64,000 nucleotides of DNA from Nitrospirota bacterium (GTDB taxonomy: Bacteria; Nitrospirota; UBA9217), in the NCBI GenBank assembly GCA_963840455.1, contig CAWIYV010000007.1:448001-512000 (forward strand), in the 5' to 3' direction. The translations under genes and the position numbers were made by a program. The first letter of the stretch is position 1; each line of letters opens with the position of its first letter. Of this stretch, positions 26,855 through 37,497 are shown piece after piece. The notes under the pieces are model-generated. The model saw only the letters and a list, made by a program, of their open reading frames with translations. It did no database searches and had not been told where the DNA came from.

Positions 26855-27583
26855 TCACAACACCCTGCTGTCCAGATTGAACACCTGTCCTGAGACATGC
26901 TTCATCAGCGATACATGGAGGATGAAGGCTGCCACCTCGGCAGCGTTCGACGTCCTTCCGAGGGCGTTCTCCGCGATCACGTGCGCGAGAACGCTTTCCG
27001 GCGCAGCTGCCCCCATGTCCGTGGGAAGGTATCCCGGCAGGACGCAGTTGACCTGGATGTTGGACCTGCCGAGCTCTTGTGCTGCCGTCTTTGTCAGACC
27101 GATGAGCCCTGCCTTCGATGCGGCATAGTTCGCCTGGCCTTCCCGCCCCCTGACCCCTGCGATCGAGGCAATCGAGATGATATGGCCTGAACGCTGATCC
27201 ATCATGGCCCGGGACACGGCGCGCATGCACAGGAACGGACCCTTCAGGTTCGTGTCCATGACGCTGTCCCAGCTCGCTTCATCCATTCTCACTGCGAGAG
27301 CGTCCCGGTTCACGCCCGCGTTGTTCACCAGAACGTCGACGGAACCCCAGCGCCGAAGCGCCACACCAACCATCGAATCGATATCATCAGGCAGCCTCAC
27401 ATCAGCGCGAACAGCGATTGCATCTCCTCCTCGCCTTTGAATATCTTCAGCAACGGTCCGGGCGTCCCCTTCTTGATCCCGGTAATTGACCACGACGCGG
27501 CATCCGGTTGTGCCAAACTGCAAGGCGATCTCCCGGCCAAGGCCGCGGGATGCGCCTGTCACGATGACGACGCGTTTCAGCAT
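26855..27583 (-). CDS. FabG-like short-chain dehydrogenase/reductase in the bio operon
   Basis: TGASRGLG, LVNNAG, GQANYAASKAG, PGYLPTDM. Confidence 0.9.
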   Translation of the reverse strand: MLKRVVIVTGASRGLGREIALQFGTTGCRVVVNYRDQEGDARTVAEDIQRRGGDAIAVRADVRLPDDIDSMVGVALRRWGSVDVLVNNAGVNRDALAVRMDEASWDSVMDTNLKGPFLCMRAVSRAMMDQRSGHIISIASIAGVRGREGQANYAASKAGLIGLTKTAAQELGRSNIQVNCVLPGYLPTDMGAAAPESVLAHVIAENALGRTSNAAEVAAFILHVSLMKHVSGQVFNLDSRVL

Positions 27584-28752
27584 TATGCGCTTTCTCCCAG
27601 CATTCCCTGGTGCTTCAGCATGCCGAAGACTGCGAGGGCTTTATCGACGTCCTGATCGGAATGTGTTGCCATGACCGTTGTCCTGATGCGCGAGCTCCCG
27701 TCGGGCACCGAGGGCGGCCTAATGGCCGTGGCAATTACACCGGCTGCGAAAAGCTCTCCTGCCGCCGCGAGCGTTTTTTCAGCGCTTCCCAGGATGACCG
27801 GGATGATGGGTGTTGCGGAAGCGCCCAAGCTGATGCCCTTTGAAGCAAGTCCATTGGCCAGACGTTCCCGGTTCTGCCATAGTCGGTCCCGCCTCCACGG
27901 TTCGTGATCCACGATGTCGAGCGCCGCGATCGATGCAGCGCAGACAGCCGGCGGCAGCGAGGTGCTGAATATGTAGCTTCTGCTGGAATTCAACAAGTAG
28001 GCGATCAGTCCGCGGTCGCCCGCCACGTAGGCGCCGTAGGAGCCGAGGGCCTTGCCCAAGGTACCCATCTGGATCTGCACCCTGCCCTCCAGACCGAAAT
28101 GCTCGACCGTCCCCCGTCCCCGCTTCCCCAGAACGCCCGTCCCATGCGCGTCGTCGACCATGAGCATGGCATCGTATCGCTCTGCGAGCAGCGCCAGGTC
28201 AGGGAGCGGCGCGATGTCACCGTCCATGCTGAAAACGCCGTCGGTGACGATCAGCTTTCTGCGGCAGGCTGCATGTTCTTTCAGGAGAGACTCCAAATGG
28301 TCAGGGTCACGGTGCCGGTAGACAACGGTCCTCGCCCTGCTCAGGCGGCATCCGTCGATGATGCTGGCGTGGTTCAGCTCATCGCTCAGGATGACATCAC
28401 GCTCACCGGCGATGGCCGGGATGGCCCCGGTGTTCGCGGCATACCCGGAATTGAACAGGATCGCGGCTTCGGTGCCTTTGAATCCCGCGATCCGTTGTTC
28501 CAGTCCTTCGTGGAGGTCCATGTTCCCCGAAATGAGACGTGACGCGCCGGACCCCGCACCGTAGCGTTCCAGGGCATCGTGGGCAGCCTGAGCGAGCGCC
28601 GGATGTTCGGCAAGACCAAGGTAATTGTTCGAGCACAGCAGGAGGACCTCTTTACCGCTCATGACGACGCGGGGGCCCTGGCAAGAACTGATGCGTACGA
28701 GGCTACGCAGCAGGTGACGGTGTTCTTTATCATGCAGTTCCCGTTCGAACAT
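27583..28752 (-). CDS. bioF: 8-amino-7-oxononanoate synthase
   Basis: SNNYLGL, SGYAAN, NHASIIDG, DGVFSMDGD, DDAHG, GTLGKALG, IRPPSVP. Confidence 0.96.
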   Translation of the reverse strand: MFERELHDKEHRHLLRSLVRISSCQGPRVVMSGKEVLLLCSNNYLGLAEHPALAQAAHDALERYGAGSGASRLISGNMDLHEGLEQRIAGFKGTEAAILFNSGYAANTGAIPAIAGERDVILSDELNHASIIDGCRLSRARTVVYRHRDPDHLESLLKEHAACRRKLIVTDGVFSMDGDIAPLPDLALLAERYDAMLMVDDAHGTGVLGKRGRGTVEHFGLEGRVQIQMGTLGKALGSYGAYVAGDRGLIAYLLNSSRSYIFSTSLPPAVCAASIAALDIVDHEPWRRDRLWQNRERLANGLASKGISLGASATPIIPVILGSAEKTLAAAGELFAAGVIATAIRPPSVPDGSSRIRTTVMATHSDQDVDKALAVFGMLKHQGMLGESA

Positions 28753-28757
28753 GGTGC

Positions 28758-29570
28758 TTATCCGCTCCGACCCGGCAGCCCATCCCCTGCGCGGCAGGTC
28801 CCGATCTCCGTGATGAGGACCGGAGTCTCCTGCAGATATGCCATGAGGGCGTTCCTGTCAAGATCGCCATGCGTAACGAAGAACGCCCGTCCTCCGAAAC
28901 CGTTCCCGGCCTGCTTCAGGTGCGGGAACCTGACATACCCTTTTGTCCGATCTGCCACGTAGCCGGCTGTATAGTCCGGTTCATCGGACCAGCAGAGCTC
29001 TGCAACAATGCCTGGAGCGTAAGAGACCTTTGTGGCAAGTGCAAGCGCCTCCTTCGTCCGGAAGTGAGTCAGCCCGAGGGCTGACAGCTCCCGGTCGATC
29101 CGCTTGGACGCCCCGTCGCTCCAGTCGAACCGGGAGACCCGAACGCCGCGCGATCGGTCCGGCTCGAACCGCTCACCGGTCTCCGCATCAATGAGCATCG
29201 CACCCCGCATGTTTCCGCCATCAGGGGAAGCTCCCTGTTCGAGTGCACGGAATGCGGCCAGGACAGCCGAAGAAGAGACACCGGAGGCTTCAAGGACGCG
29301 TGCTGCGTTCTCCCGGCAGGCGGTAATGCTGTGCATATCCAGCGAGACGAGGTCGAGGGAGGGGACGGAACGGACCGGAATATCGCCGAGAGCGTCAATA
29401 GTTACTACGATCTGATCAGGAGCGAGCTGCTTTGACAAGGCGCGATCGACCAGTTCCTTCATGGTCAGGTCGATGCGGTCGCGCGGGACGAGCCGTTCAG
29501 CGCCGGACAGGTGAGACTGGCCTGTCGAGGCGCGCATGCGGACGCTGTAAAGAAGAGTCTCATAGCTCAT
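28758..29570 (-). CDS. bioW: 6-carboxyhexanoate (pimelate)-CoA ligase
   Basis: YSVRMRAS…HLSGAER, MRGAML, RGVRVS, EALALATKV, AELCWSDEPDYTAGYVA. Confidence 0.93.
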   Translation of the reverse strand: MSYETLLYSVRMRASTGQSHLSGAERLVPRDRIDLTMKELVDRALSKQLAPDQIVVTIDALGDIPVRSVPSLDLVSLDMHSITACRENAARVLEASGVSSSAVLAAFRALEQGASPDGGNMRGAMLIDAETGERFEPDRSRGVRVSRFDWSDGASKRIDRELSALGLTHFRTKEALALATKVSYAPGIVAELCWSDEPDYTAGYVADRTKGYVRFPHLKQAGNGFGGRAFFVTHGDLDRNALMAYLQETPVLITEIGTCRAGDGLPGRSG

Positions 29571-29589
29571 AGCTTGTGGCTCATAGCTC
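29559..29589. repeat. Heptamer array overlapping the bioW start
   Basis: ctcatag ctcatag cttgtgg ctcatag ctc. Confidence 0.75.
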
Positions 29590-29597
29590 TCCGCGAT

Positions 29598-30593
29598 CTA
29601 ACCGTCATTCCGGATCCTAAACCCCATATCGGCGATCATCCGCAGGTCGTCGCGCGGGTCCAGACCGGTCCGGGTGAGGTAGTTGCCGATCATGAAGCCG
29701 TCGGCGCCTGCGAGGAAGATGAGGGGGTGGAGAACGCCGAGCGCGCTTCCCCTGCCCCCGCAGACCCGGATCTCCTTCTTCGGCAGGATGAGCCGGAACA
29801 GGGCGATGGCATGGAGCGCAGCCAGCGGCATGATAGGCGTCAGGCCCGCAAAAGGCGTTCCCGGCACGGGCATGAGGAAGTTGACCGGGACCGAGTCCAC
29901 ATCCAGCTCACGCAGGGTGAATGCCATGCTGATGCGGTCCTGCATGGTCTCGCCCATGCCGAGGATCCCGCCGCTGCAGGCTGAGAGGCCCAGAGTTCGT
30001 GCATTGGCAAGCAGCTCGATCCGCTCGTCGAAGGTGTGGGTCGAGCAGACCTCCGGGAAGTATTCCCGCGATGTCTCGATGTTGTGGTGGTACCGGTCGA
30101 GGCCAGCGTCCTTGAGGTACTGGAGCTGGCGGCAGCTCAGCGTCCCGAGCGTGGCGCAGGGAGAAAGGCCGGCATCCCGGACCCGCTCCACGCCCTTCGC
30201 GATGCTCCTGAGGTCCGCAGCGTCATCGATGCCGCGACCGCTCGTGACGATGCAAAATCTTCTAGCACCATTGTCTTGCGCTTCGAGCGCCGCCGCGGCC
30301 ATGCGGTCCACATCGATGAGCGGATAGACCGGCGCGTCGGTGTCGTAATGCGACGACTGGGCGCAGTAGCGGCAGTCCTCGCTGCAGGCGCCAGACTTGG
30401 CGTTGACGATCGAGCAGATGTCGACGGCATTCCCGCGAAAATGCTCCCGTACCCGGTTCGCAGCGGAGAAAAGGTCGATGAGGTCGGCGTTCCCGGCAGA
30501 GGCGAGCACAAGCGCCGTTGCACGGTCGACGGCACCTCCTGCGAGGACCTTGTCAGCGCTGCTCTGGATCGTGTCGCGGATCGTTCTGTTCAT
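29598..30593 (-). CDS. bioB: Biotin synthase
   Basis: NAKSGACSEDCRYCAQS, YHHNIETS, CSGGILGMGE, SVPVNFL, GNYLT. Confidence 0.97.
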   Translation of the reverse strand: MNRTIRDTIQSSADKVLAGGAVDRATALVLASAGNADLIDLFSAANRVREHFRGNAVDICSIVNAKSGACSEDCRYCAQSSHYDTDAPVYPLIDVDRMAAAALEAQDNGARRFCIVTSGRGIDDAADLRSIAKGVERVRDAGLSPCATLGTLSCRQLQYLKDAGLDRYHHNIETSREYFPEVCSTHTFDERIELLANARTLGLSACSGGILGMGETMQDRISMAFTLRELDVDSVPVNFLMPVPGTPFAGLTPIMPLAALHAIALFRLILPKKEIRVCGGRGSALGVLHPLIFLAGADGFMIGNYLTRTGLDPRDDLRMIADMGFRIRNDG

Positions 30594-30601
30594 AGGTTAC
30601 T

Positions 30602-30630
30602 GTTATACCTGATGCGGCGTTGAATGTCAA
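30602..30630 (-). promoter_or_regulatory. sigma70 promoter of the bio operon
   Basis: TTGACA (30630-30625)-17 bp-TATAAC (30607-30602), 8 nt before the bioB ATG. Confidence 0.75.
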
Positions 30631-30655
30631 CCCGTGCTCTTAGAGACAGTTGACA
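30625..30655. promoter_or_regulatory. BirA operator
   Basis: Palindrome TGTCAAC-N17-GTTGACA upstream of bioB, close to the BirA TGT(t/a/c)AAC-N~16-GTT(a/t/g)ACA consensus; one arm overlaps the -35. Confidence 0.8.
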
Positions 30656-30714
30656 ATGGAGTACCGCGTTTCTTCAGGGGGAGATTGGACGGGATCAACA
30701 GCGGGTGCACGCGG

Positions 30715-32184
30715 TCAGCTGAGCGAGGCGATGCTGCTCTTGACCTGCTCTTCCATGAGGGCGCGGATGGACCGGAGGGATGCCTCGTCAACGGCTTCGA
30801 AGCGCATGACCAGCACGGGTTGGGTATTGGAGGCCCGGATCAGGCCCCAGCCCTTTTGAAAGACCGCGCGCACGCCGTCAACAATGATGACCTCGCGGAC
30901 CGGGAGTGACATACCTTCGGGATGTGAATACAGGTCCCTGATCTTTTCGACGACCTTGAACTTGAGGTTGTCCGGACAGTCAAAGCGGATCTCAGGGGTG
31001 TTAAAGGTCTTCGGAAGGTCCGCGATCAGTGAGCTGAGGTCGATCGCTCTTTGCTCATACATGACAGGTGATGGCGATGAACGATGAGCAGCTTTTGCTG
31101 ATGCTCTGATCTTCTTCAGGATCTCAACGACCCTGCAGGCAGCGTAGATGGCGTCGTCGTAGCCGAAGTACCGGTCAGCGAAGAAGATGTGGCCGCTCAT
31201 CTCTCCTGCCAGGACCGCGCCGGTTTCCTTCATCTTGGCCTTGATGAGCGAGTGGCCGGTCTTCCACATGATCGCGTTGCCGCCGTGGGTGCGGATGTCG
31301 TCGTACATGGTCTGGGAGCATTTCACCTCGGATACGAACGTGGCTCCCGGCCGTTCGCGCAGGATGTCGCGCGAGAACAGGACCATGAGCTGGTCACCCC
31401 AGAGCACGGCCCCTTTCTCATCGACCACACCGATCCGGTCGGAGTCGCCGTCAAAGGCGATCCCCAAATCAGCCCCCGAGCTCTTCACCCTGCTGATAAG
31501 GGTTTCGAGGTTCTTCGGGATCGTGGGATCCGGGTGGTGGTTCGGGAACCGGCCATCCGGCTCCGAGTACAGTTCGATCACCTCGCAACCCATGGAGCGG
31601 ATGACTTCCGGCGCTATCAGCCCGGCGGTGCCGTTCCCGCTGTCGAGCACGACCTTGAGCGGAACATTGAGGAACTCGCGGAAGAGGCCCTTCAGGTGGC
31701 TCGTATAATCCGGAATGATGGGATGATCTGTTATCGTGCCCTTCCCGCCGGACCTGCTGTCCTTCGACCCGGCCAGGGACGCCATGATCCTTCCTACTTT
31801 CTGGATCTCTTCGCCGTAGATCGTGTCCTTGCCGACGCAGAGCTTGAATCCGTTGAACTCTGACGGGTTGTGGCTTCCGGTGATCATGATGCCGGCGCCG
31901 GGATTCAGATGGTGAAGCGAAAAATAGAGAGCGGGCGTTGGACAGAGGCCTATGTCGATGACATTGAGGCCCGATGCGGTCACACCGCGGCCAAGGGCGT
32001 CCCGGAGCCGGGGCGAACTGAGGCGGGCGTCGTAGCCGATGGTCACGGTCGTGACGCCCGACGGTCTGAGATAGTCGGCAAAAGCCTTGCCGAGCAGCTC
32101 GATAACGGGATCAACAAGGTCGCGGTCGGCGATGCCCCGGATATCGTACTCGCGGAAGATCTCCTTATTGAACGCGGTCGTCAT
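30715..32184 (-). CDS. Phosphomannomutase/phosphoglucomutase (AlgC/ManB)
   Basis: FREYDIRG, TGSHNP, FDGDSDR, GEMSGH, RASNTQP. Confidence 0.95.
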   Translation of the reverse strand: MTTAFNKEIFREYDIRGIADRDLVDPVIELLGKAFADYLRPSGVTTVTIGYDARLSSPRLRDALGRGVTASGLNVIDIGLCPTPALYFSLHHLNPGAGIMITGSHNPSEFNGFKLCVGKDTIYGEEIQKVGRIMASLAGSKDSRSGGKGTITDHPIIPDYTSHLKGLFREFLNVPLKVVLDSGNGTAGLIAPEVIRSMGCEVIELYSEPDGRFPNHHPDPTIPKNLETLISRVKSSGADLGIAFDGDSDRIGVVDEKGAVLWGDQLMVLFSRDILRERPGATFVSEVKCSQTMYDDIRTHGGNAIMWKTGHSLIKAKMKETGAVLAGEMSGHIFFADRYFGYDDAIYAACRVVEILKKIRASAKAAHRSSPSPVMYEQRAIDLSSLIADLPKTFNTPEIRFDCPDNLKFKVVEKIRDLYSHPEGMSLPVREVIIVDGVRAVFQKGWGLIRASNTQPVLVMRFEAVDEASLRSIRALMEEQVKSSIASLS

Positions 32185-33638
32185 TTCGGGAGCTCCGGCA
32201 AAGGGGATTTGGCTTTCTCGTGGCGCTTGTAGTCATCGTCAAAACGGACGATGTCGTCTTCCTCGAGATATTCACCGTTCTGCACTTCGATGATCTGGAG
32301 GGGCACCTTGCCGGGATTCTCAAGGCGGTGCTTCGTCGACATGGGGATATAGGTGCTCTCATTCGTGTGCACATCGTATTCTTTATCGCCATTCGTCACC
32401 CGCGCTGTCCCGGAGACGACGACCCAGTGCTCGCTGCGATGATGGTGGAGCTGATGGGAAAGCTTCGCGCCGGGGATTACAACAATGCGCTTGATCTTAT
32501 AGCGGTCACCTTCCTCCAGGATGGTATAGTTGCCCCACGGCCGATGGACCGTGCGGTGGGTGAGACGCTCTTCCGCTTTGCGTTTCTTCAATTCATCGAC
32601 GACCTTTTTGACGTCCTGAGCCCGATCGCGGCTGCAGACCAGCGTAGCGTCGGGTGTGTCCACAACGATGGTATCCTTGAGTCCGATTGTGGCGACCAGC
32701 CGTTTATCCGCATAGATCACCGAGTCGGTGCTGTCAATGTCGATAACGTTGCCGGCGATGATATTCCCGGAAGCGTCCTTATCCGTCACTTCTTCCAGGG
32801 CGGTCCAGCTGCCTACGTCCGACCAGCCGATGTCCGCGGGCACGACCGCAGCGCGGTCCGTCTTTTCCATGATGCCGTAGTCGATGGATACGGGCTGCAG
32901 CTGCGCGAACATGCTGCGGACCGCTTCGGTCTCCGTACCGCTGCCGATGCTCTTTCGGACCTGTTCCAGTCCCTCGTGCAGGGAGGGCATATGCCGTTCG
33001 ATCTCCTTGAGGAACGTGCGTACCTTCCAGACGAACATGCCGCTGTTCCAGTAATACTGACCGCTTTGAAGATAGCCCTGTGCGGTCTTCAGATCGGGCT
33101 TTTCGACGAACCGCTCGACCCGGGAAACGCCGTTGAGACTGGCTTCCGGGCATGGCTCGCCGGCCTTGATGTATCCGTAGCCGGTTTCGGGTCGGTTCGG
33201 TTTGATGCCCAGCGTTACAAGGTAGTCGCGCTCAGCGGCCTTCGCTGCGGTCGTGATGCAGGTCCGAAAGGCCTCGACGTTCCTGATCGCGTGGTCCGCC
33301 GAGAGGACGACCATTATTCCGTCCGGGTCGATCCGGTTCAGATGCAGGGCGGAAAGCGCGAGAGCAGGAGCGGTGTTCTTTGCCTCCGGCTCGAGAATAA
33401 AGTTACGCTCCCAGGAGCCGCCGAAGCGGGACGTGAGCTGCGTTCCGATGTCGACGGCAAGACCCTGGTTCGTGACGATGAAGACATGCTCACGCTTCAC
33501 CAGCGGGAGTACCCGGTCGACGGTGAGCTGGATAAGGGTGTCATCGCTCCCGATCTTCAGGAGCTGCTTGGGCATCTTCTCGCGGGACAGCGGCCAGAAA
33601 CGCGTTCCCGAACCGCCCGCCATGATCACTGCATACAT
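32181..33638 (-). CDS. manC: Mannose-1-phosphate guanylyltransferase / mannose-6-phosphate isomerase
   Basis: MAGGSGTRFWPLSR, FVEKPD, WSDVGSW, C-terminal cupin RPWG…HHHRSEHW; CAGGAGG before ATG 33638. Confidence 0.96.
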   Translation of the reverse strand: MYAVIMAGGSGTRFWPLSREKMPKQLLKIGSDDTLIQLTVDRVLPLVKREHVFIVTNQGLAVDIGTQLTSRFGGSWERNFILEPEAKNTAPALALSALHLNRIDPDGIMVVLSADHAIRNVEAFRTCITTAAKAAERDYLVTLGIKPNRPETGYGYIKAGEPCPEASLNGVSRVERFVEKPDLKTAQGYLQSGQYYWNSGMFVWKVRTFLKEIERHMPSLHEGLEQVRKSIGSGTETEAVRSMFAQLQPVSIDYGIMEKTDRAAVVPADIGWSDVGSWTALEEVTDKDASGNIIAGNVIDIDSTDSVIYADKRLVATIGLKDTIVVDTPDATLVCSRDRAQDVKKVVDELKKRKAEERLTHRTVHRPWGNYTILEEGDRYKIKRIVVIPGAKLSHQLHHHRSEHWVVVSGTARVTNGDKEYDVHTNESTYIPMSTKHRLENPGKVPLQIIEVQNGEYLEEDDIVRFDDDYKRHEKAKSPLPELPK

Positions 33639-33659
33639 AAAAACCTCCTGACGCATAAG

Positions 33660-34802
<1,143 letters not shown>

Positions 34803-34872
34803 CTAGCGCCTGTGCTAGTATCCTGAGCTAGTATACTGTGAACGGACAGTCACTGTTCCTTCAAGAGAACCA

Positions 34873-36318
34873 ATGCGTTATCAGGTGTCCCGCATGCGCT
34901 CCCACCGCCAAAGTTTGGGTACAATTATACTTTTTTTGTCCGACCTTGTCATTCTTTTTCTGATCACCGCCCTTGCGATCATCGTACGCGACATCATTCC
35001 CCGCGTCATCTCCTTCTTCCCTCAGTTCACCCGCGACATCAGCTATGCGTGGTGGTTCTTTCCCGTCTGGCTCACCATTCTGGCTTATGAAGGGGCATAC
35101 ACCAGGAGGTTCACCCTTTGGGACGAGGTGAAACTTCTTTGGAAGGCCGCGTTCTTTTCGACGCTGGCGATCCTGACCATCGTCTTTCTCGGACAGATCG
35201 GTCTGTCGGTATCCCGTACCGTCGTCGTGCTCATCGGCGCGCTTTCGCTCGTTCTCTTCCCGGTTCTGCGGCTATCGCTGAAGCGCCGGCTGGTCAGGGC
35301 GGGTTTGCTCAGACGCAGGGTCCTGATCCTCGGGGCCAACGAAACAGGCGTGCTTGCCTTGCGGGCGCTGCGCGGAGAGCCCAATCTGGGGTATGAGGTC
35401 GTGGGCTTTCTGGATGATGCTCCAACAGCCGTTCGGACCTGCATCGAAGGGGTCAAGGTCCACCGCCGGCTCGACCAGGTCGAGCGGTACCTTGCCGCGT
35501 GCAACATCCACGACGTGGTTATCGCCCTCCCCGACCGGGACCGGGACATGCTGAACGCACTGGTCACCCGCCTCCAGCACAAGGCAGCGAGCGTTCTTTA
35601 TTTCCCCGGCTACTCGGGGATCGCGGTCATCGGGACCGAGATACGCCATTTCTTCCATGACCAGGCCTTCGCGCTCGAGATCAAGAACAACCTGGCCGAG
35701 CCGCTGAACATCTACACCAAAAAGGCCTTCGATCTCGCCGTCGGTCTGATGCTCTTCCTCCTGCTCGCCGTACCCCTCGCGGTCATCTCGCTCCTGATCA
35801 TGGCCACCTCGCCGGGCCCGGCGATCTACCGGCAGCAGCGGGCCGGCAGGAACGGGAACCCGTTTCTTTGCTACAAGTTCCGGACCATGTACCGCGACGC
35901 GGACGAGCGTGTGAAGGACATCCTGGCGGCGGACGTGAAGGCGCGGGAGGAATGGGAGAAATTCCGGAAGTTCAAGGATGATCCGCGAATCACCCCGTTC
36001 GGACGGTTCCTGCGCGAGACCTCGCTGGACGAACTTCCCCAGATCATCAATGTTCTGCGCGGCGAGATGAGCCTGGTGGGACCCCGCCCGGTAACGCGCG
36101 AGGAGATCGATCTCTACTACAAGGACAGCGCCGACCTCTGCTATTCGGTCCTTCCGGGGATAACAGGACTCTGGCAGGTCAGCGGCAGGAGCAACACCTC
36201 CTACGACTATCGCATTATGCTCGATTCGTGGTATGTGCGGAACTGGAACCTCTGGCTGGACATCGTGATCCTCATCAAGACGGTCCACGTGGTGATCAAC
36301 AAGGAAGGCGCCCGGTAG
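34873..36318 (+). CDS. wbaP: Undecaprenyl-phosphate galactose/glucose phosphotransferase (WbaP family)
   Basis: Four N-terminal TMs, CoA-binding-like domain, YKFRTM, DDPRIT, SLDELPQ, PGITGLWQVSGR. Confidence 0.9.
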   Translation: MRYQVSRMRSHRQSLGTIILFLSDLVILFLITALAIIVRDIIPRVISFFPQFTRDISYAWWFFPVWLTILAYEGAYTRRFTLWDEVKLLWKAAFFSTLAILTIVFLGQIGLSVSRTVVVLIGALSLVLFPVLRLSLKRRLVRAGLLRRRVLILGANETGVLALRALRGEPNLGYEVVGFLDDAPTAVRTCIEGVKVHRRLDQVERYLAACNIHDVVIALPDRDRDMLNALVTRLQHKAASVLYFPGYSGIAVIGTEIRHFFHDQAFALEIKNNLAEPLNIYTKKAFDLAVGLMLFLLLAVPLAVISLLIMATSPGPAIYRQQRAGRNGNPFLCYKFRTMYRDADERVKDILAADVKAREEWEKFRKFKDDPRITPFGRFLRETSLDELPQIINVLRGEMSLVGPRPVTREEIDLYYKDSADLCYSVLPGITGLWQVSGRSNTSYDYRIMLDSWYVRNWNLWLDIVILIKTVHVVINKEGAR

Positions 36319-36321
36319 AGC

Positions 36322-37497
36322 TCAGGGGGAACGGAAGCTTCGCGGCGATGATTTTTCTATCAGCTGTTCTTGCGGATGTCCCGATAGTTTTTCCCGAATA
36401 AAGGCGTTGAGCTCTTTTCGGAACCGCAGCGGATTGAACCGCTCGGCGTTCTTCCTGATTGTGCGCGGTACAAAACGGTCGCGGCTTTCCTTGAATTTCC
36501 GGACTGCCCCGATCAGCGCATCGACGGTCTGTTCGTAGAAGAACACGCCGGTCGCACCTCCCTCTTCAGCCCGTTCCAGCGGAATGACGGTCTCCGTCGC
36601 GCCTCCTCTGCCATAGGCGATCACCGGCGTTCCGCATGCCTGGGCCTCGACGGGAATGATGCCGAAATCCTCTTCCGCGGCGAACACAAAGGCCTGTGCG
36701 CGTTGCATCAGACCGCGCAGCACCTCTCCCCGCTGGTAACCCAGAATCTCGATGTTCGCGCCTGCAAGGGACCGTATCTTCTCCAGGTCGGGCCCCTCAC
36801 CGACAACTTTCAACCTCTCGCCAGGCAGCGCGGCGAAGGCCTTCACGATCAGGTCCATCTTTTTATAGGGGACCATCCGCGAGGCCGCGAGAAAATAGTC
36901 ATCCCTCTTCTCAACGAGCGTGAACTCATCAACGCTCACGGGCGGATAGATCACCGTCGCGTCCCGTCCATAGGCCCGCCTAATCCGATCGGCAATATAC
37001 TGTGAATTCGCGATGAAGTGGTCTACTCGCGAAGCCGTCTTCAGGTCCCATCGGCGGATCCATTCCAGGACGGCACGCGCAGCGATACCCTTCAGGCCGC
37101 GATCAAGTCCGGTCTCACGGAGGTACTGCTCGCGCAGGTCCCACGCGTAGCGCATCGGTGTATGGCAATAGCAGATGTGCAATTGGCCGGGCCGCGTCCG
37201 GACGCCTTTCGCGACAGCATGGGACGAGGAGAGGATGAGGTCGTAGGCGGAGAGATCGAACCGTTCTATGGCAAGAGGCATGAGGGGAAGATAATTGCGG
37301 TAGCGGGTCCTTGCGTATGGCAGATGCTGGAGGAACGATGTCCCTGCAGATTTCTTGACCCCGTGCCGTTCGGACGACGGCAGAAAATCGACCAGCGTAA
37401 AGAGGTCGGCGTCCGGATAGAGGGCCAGCAGCTGCTCCAGCACTCGCTCCGATCCGGCATAGGAAGTGAGCCAATCATGGACAACCGCTGTCTTCAT
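36322..37497 (-). CDS. GT4 glycosyltransferase (WbaZ-like)
   Basis: VHDWL…GSERVL, SSHAVAKG, YCHTPMRYAWD, EEDFGIIPVEAQACG. Confidence 0.93.
   Translation of the reverse strand: MKTAVVHDWLTSYAGSERVLEQLLALYPDADLFTLVDFLPSSERHGVKKSAGTSFLQHLPYARTRYRNYLPLMPLAIERFDLSAYDLILSSSHAVAKGVRTRPGQLHICYCHTPMRYAWDLREQYLRETGLDRGLKGIAARAVLEWIRRWDLKTASRVDHFIANSQYIADRIRRAYGRDATVIYPPVSVDEFTLVEKRDDYFLAASRMVPYKKMDLIVKAFAALPGERLKVVGEGPDLEKIRSLAGANIEILGYQRGEVLRGLMQRAQAFVFAAEEDFGIIPVEAQACGTPVIAYGRGGATETVIPLERAEEGGATGVFFYEQTVDALIGAVRKFKESRDRFVPRTIRKNAERFNPLRFRKELNAFIREKLSGHPQEQLIEKSSPRSFRSP

Noticed and set aside
1099-30593. Functional link between lipA and bioB (both sulfur-inserting radical SAM enzymes)
   Set aside because: 28 kb apart, on opposite strands, separated by an unrelated cluster; no shared regulatory motif seen.
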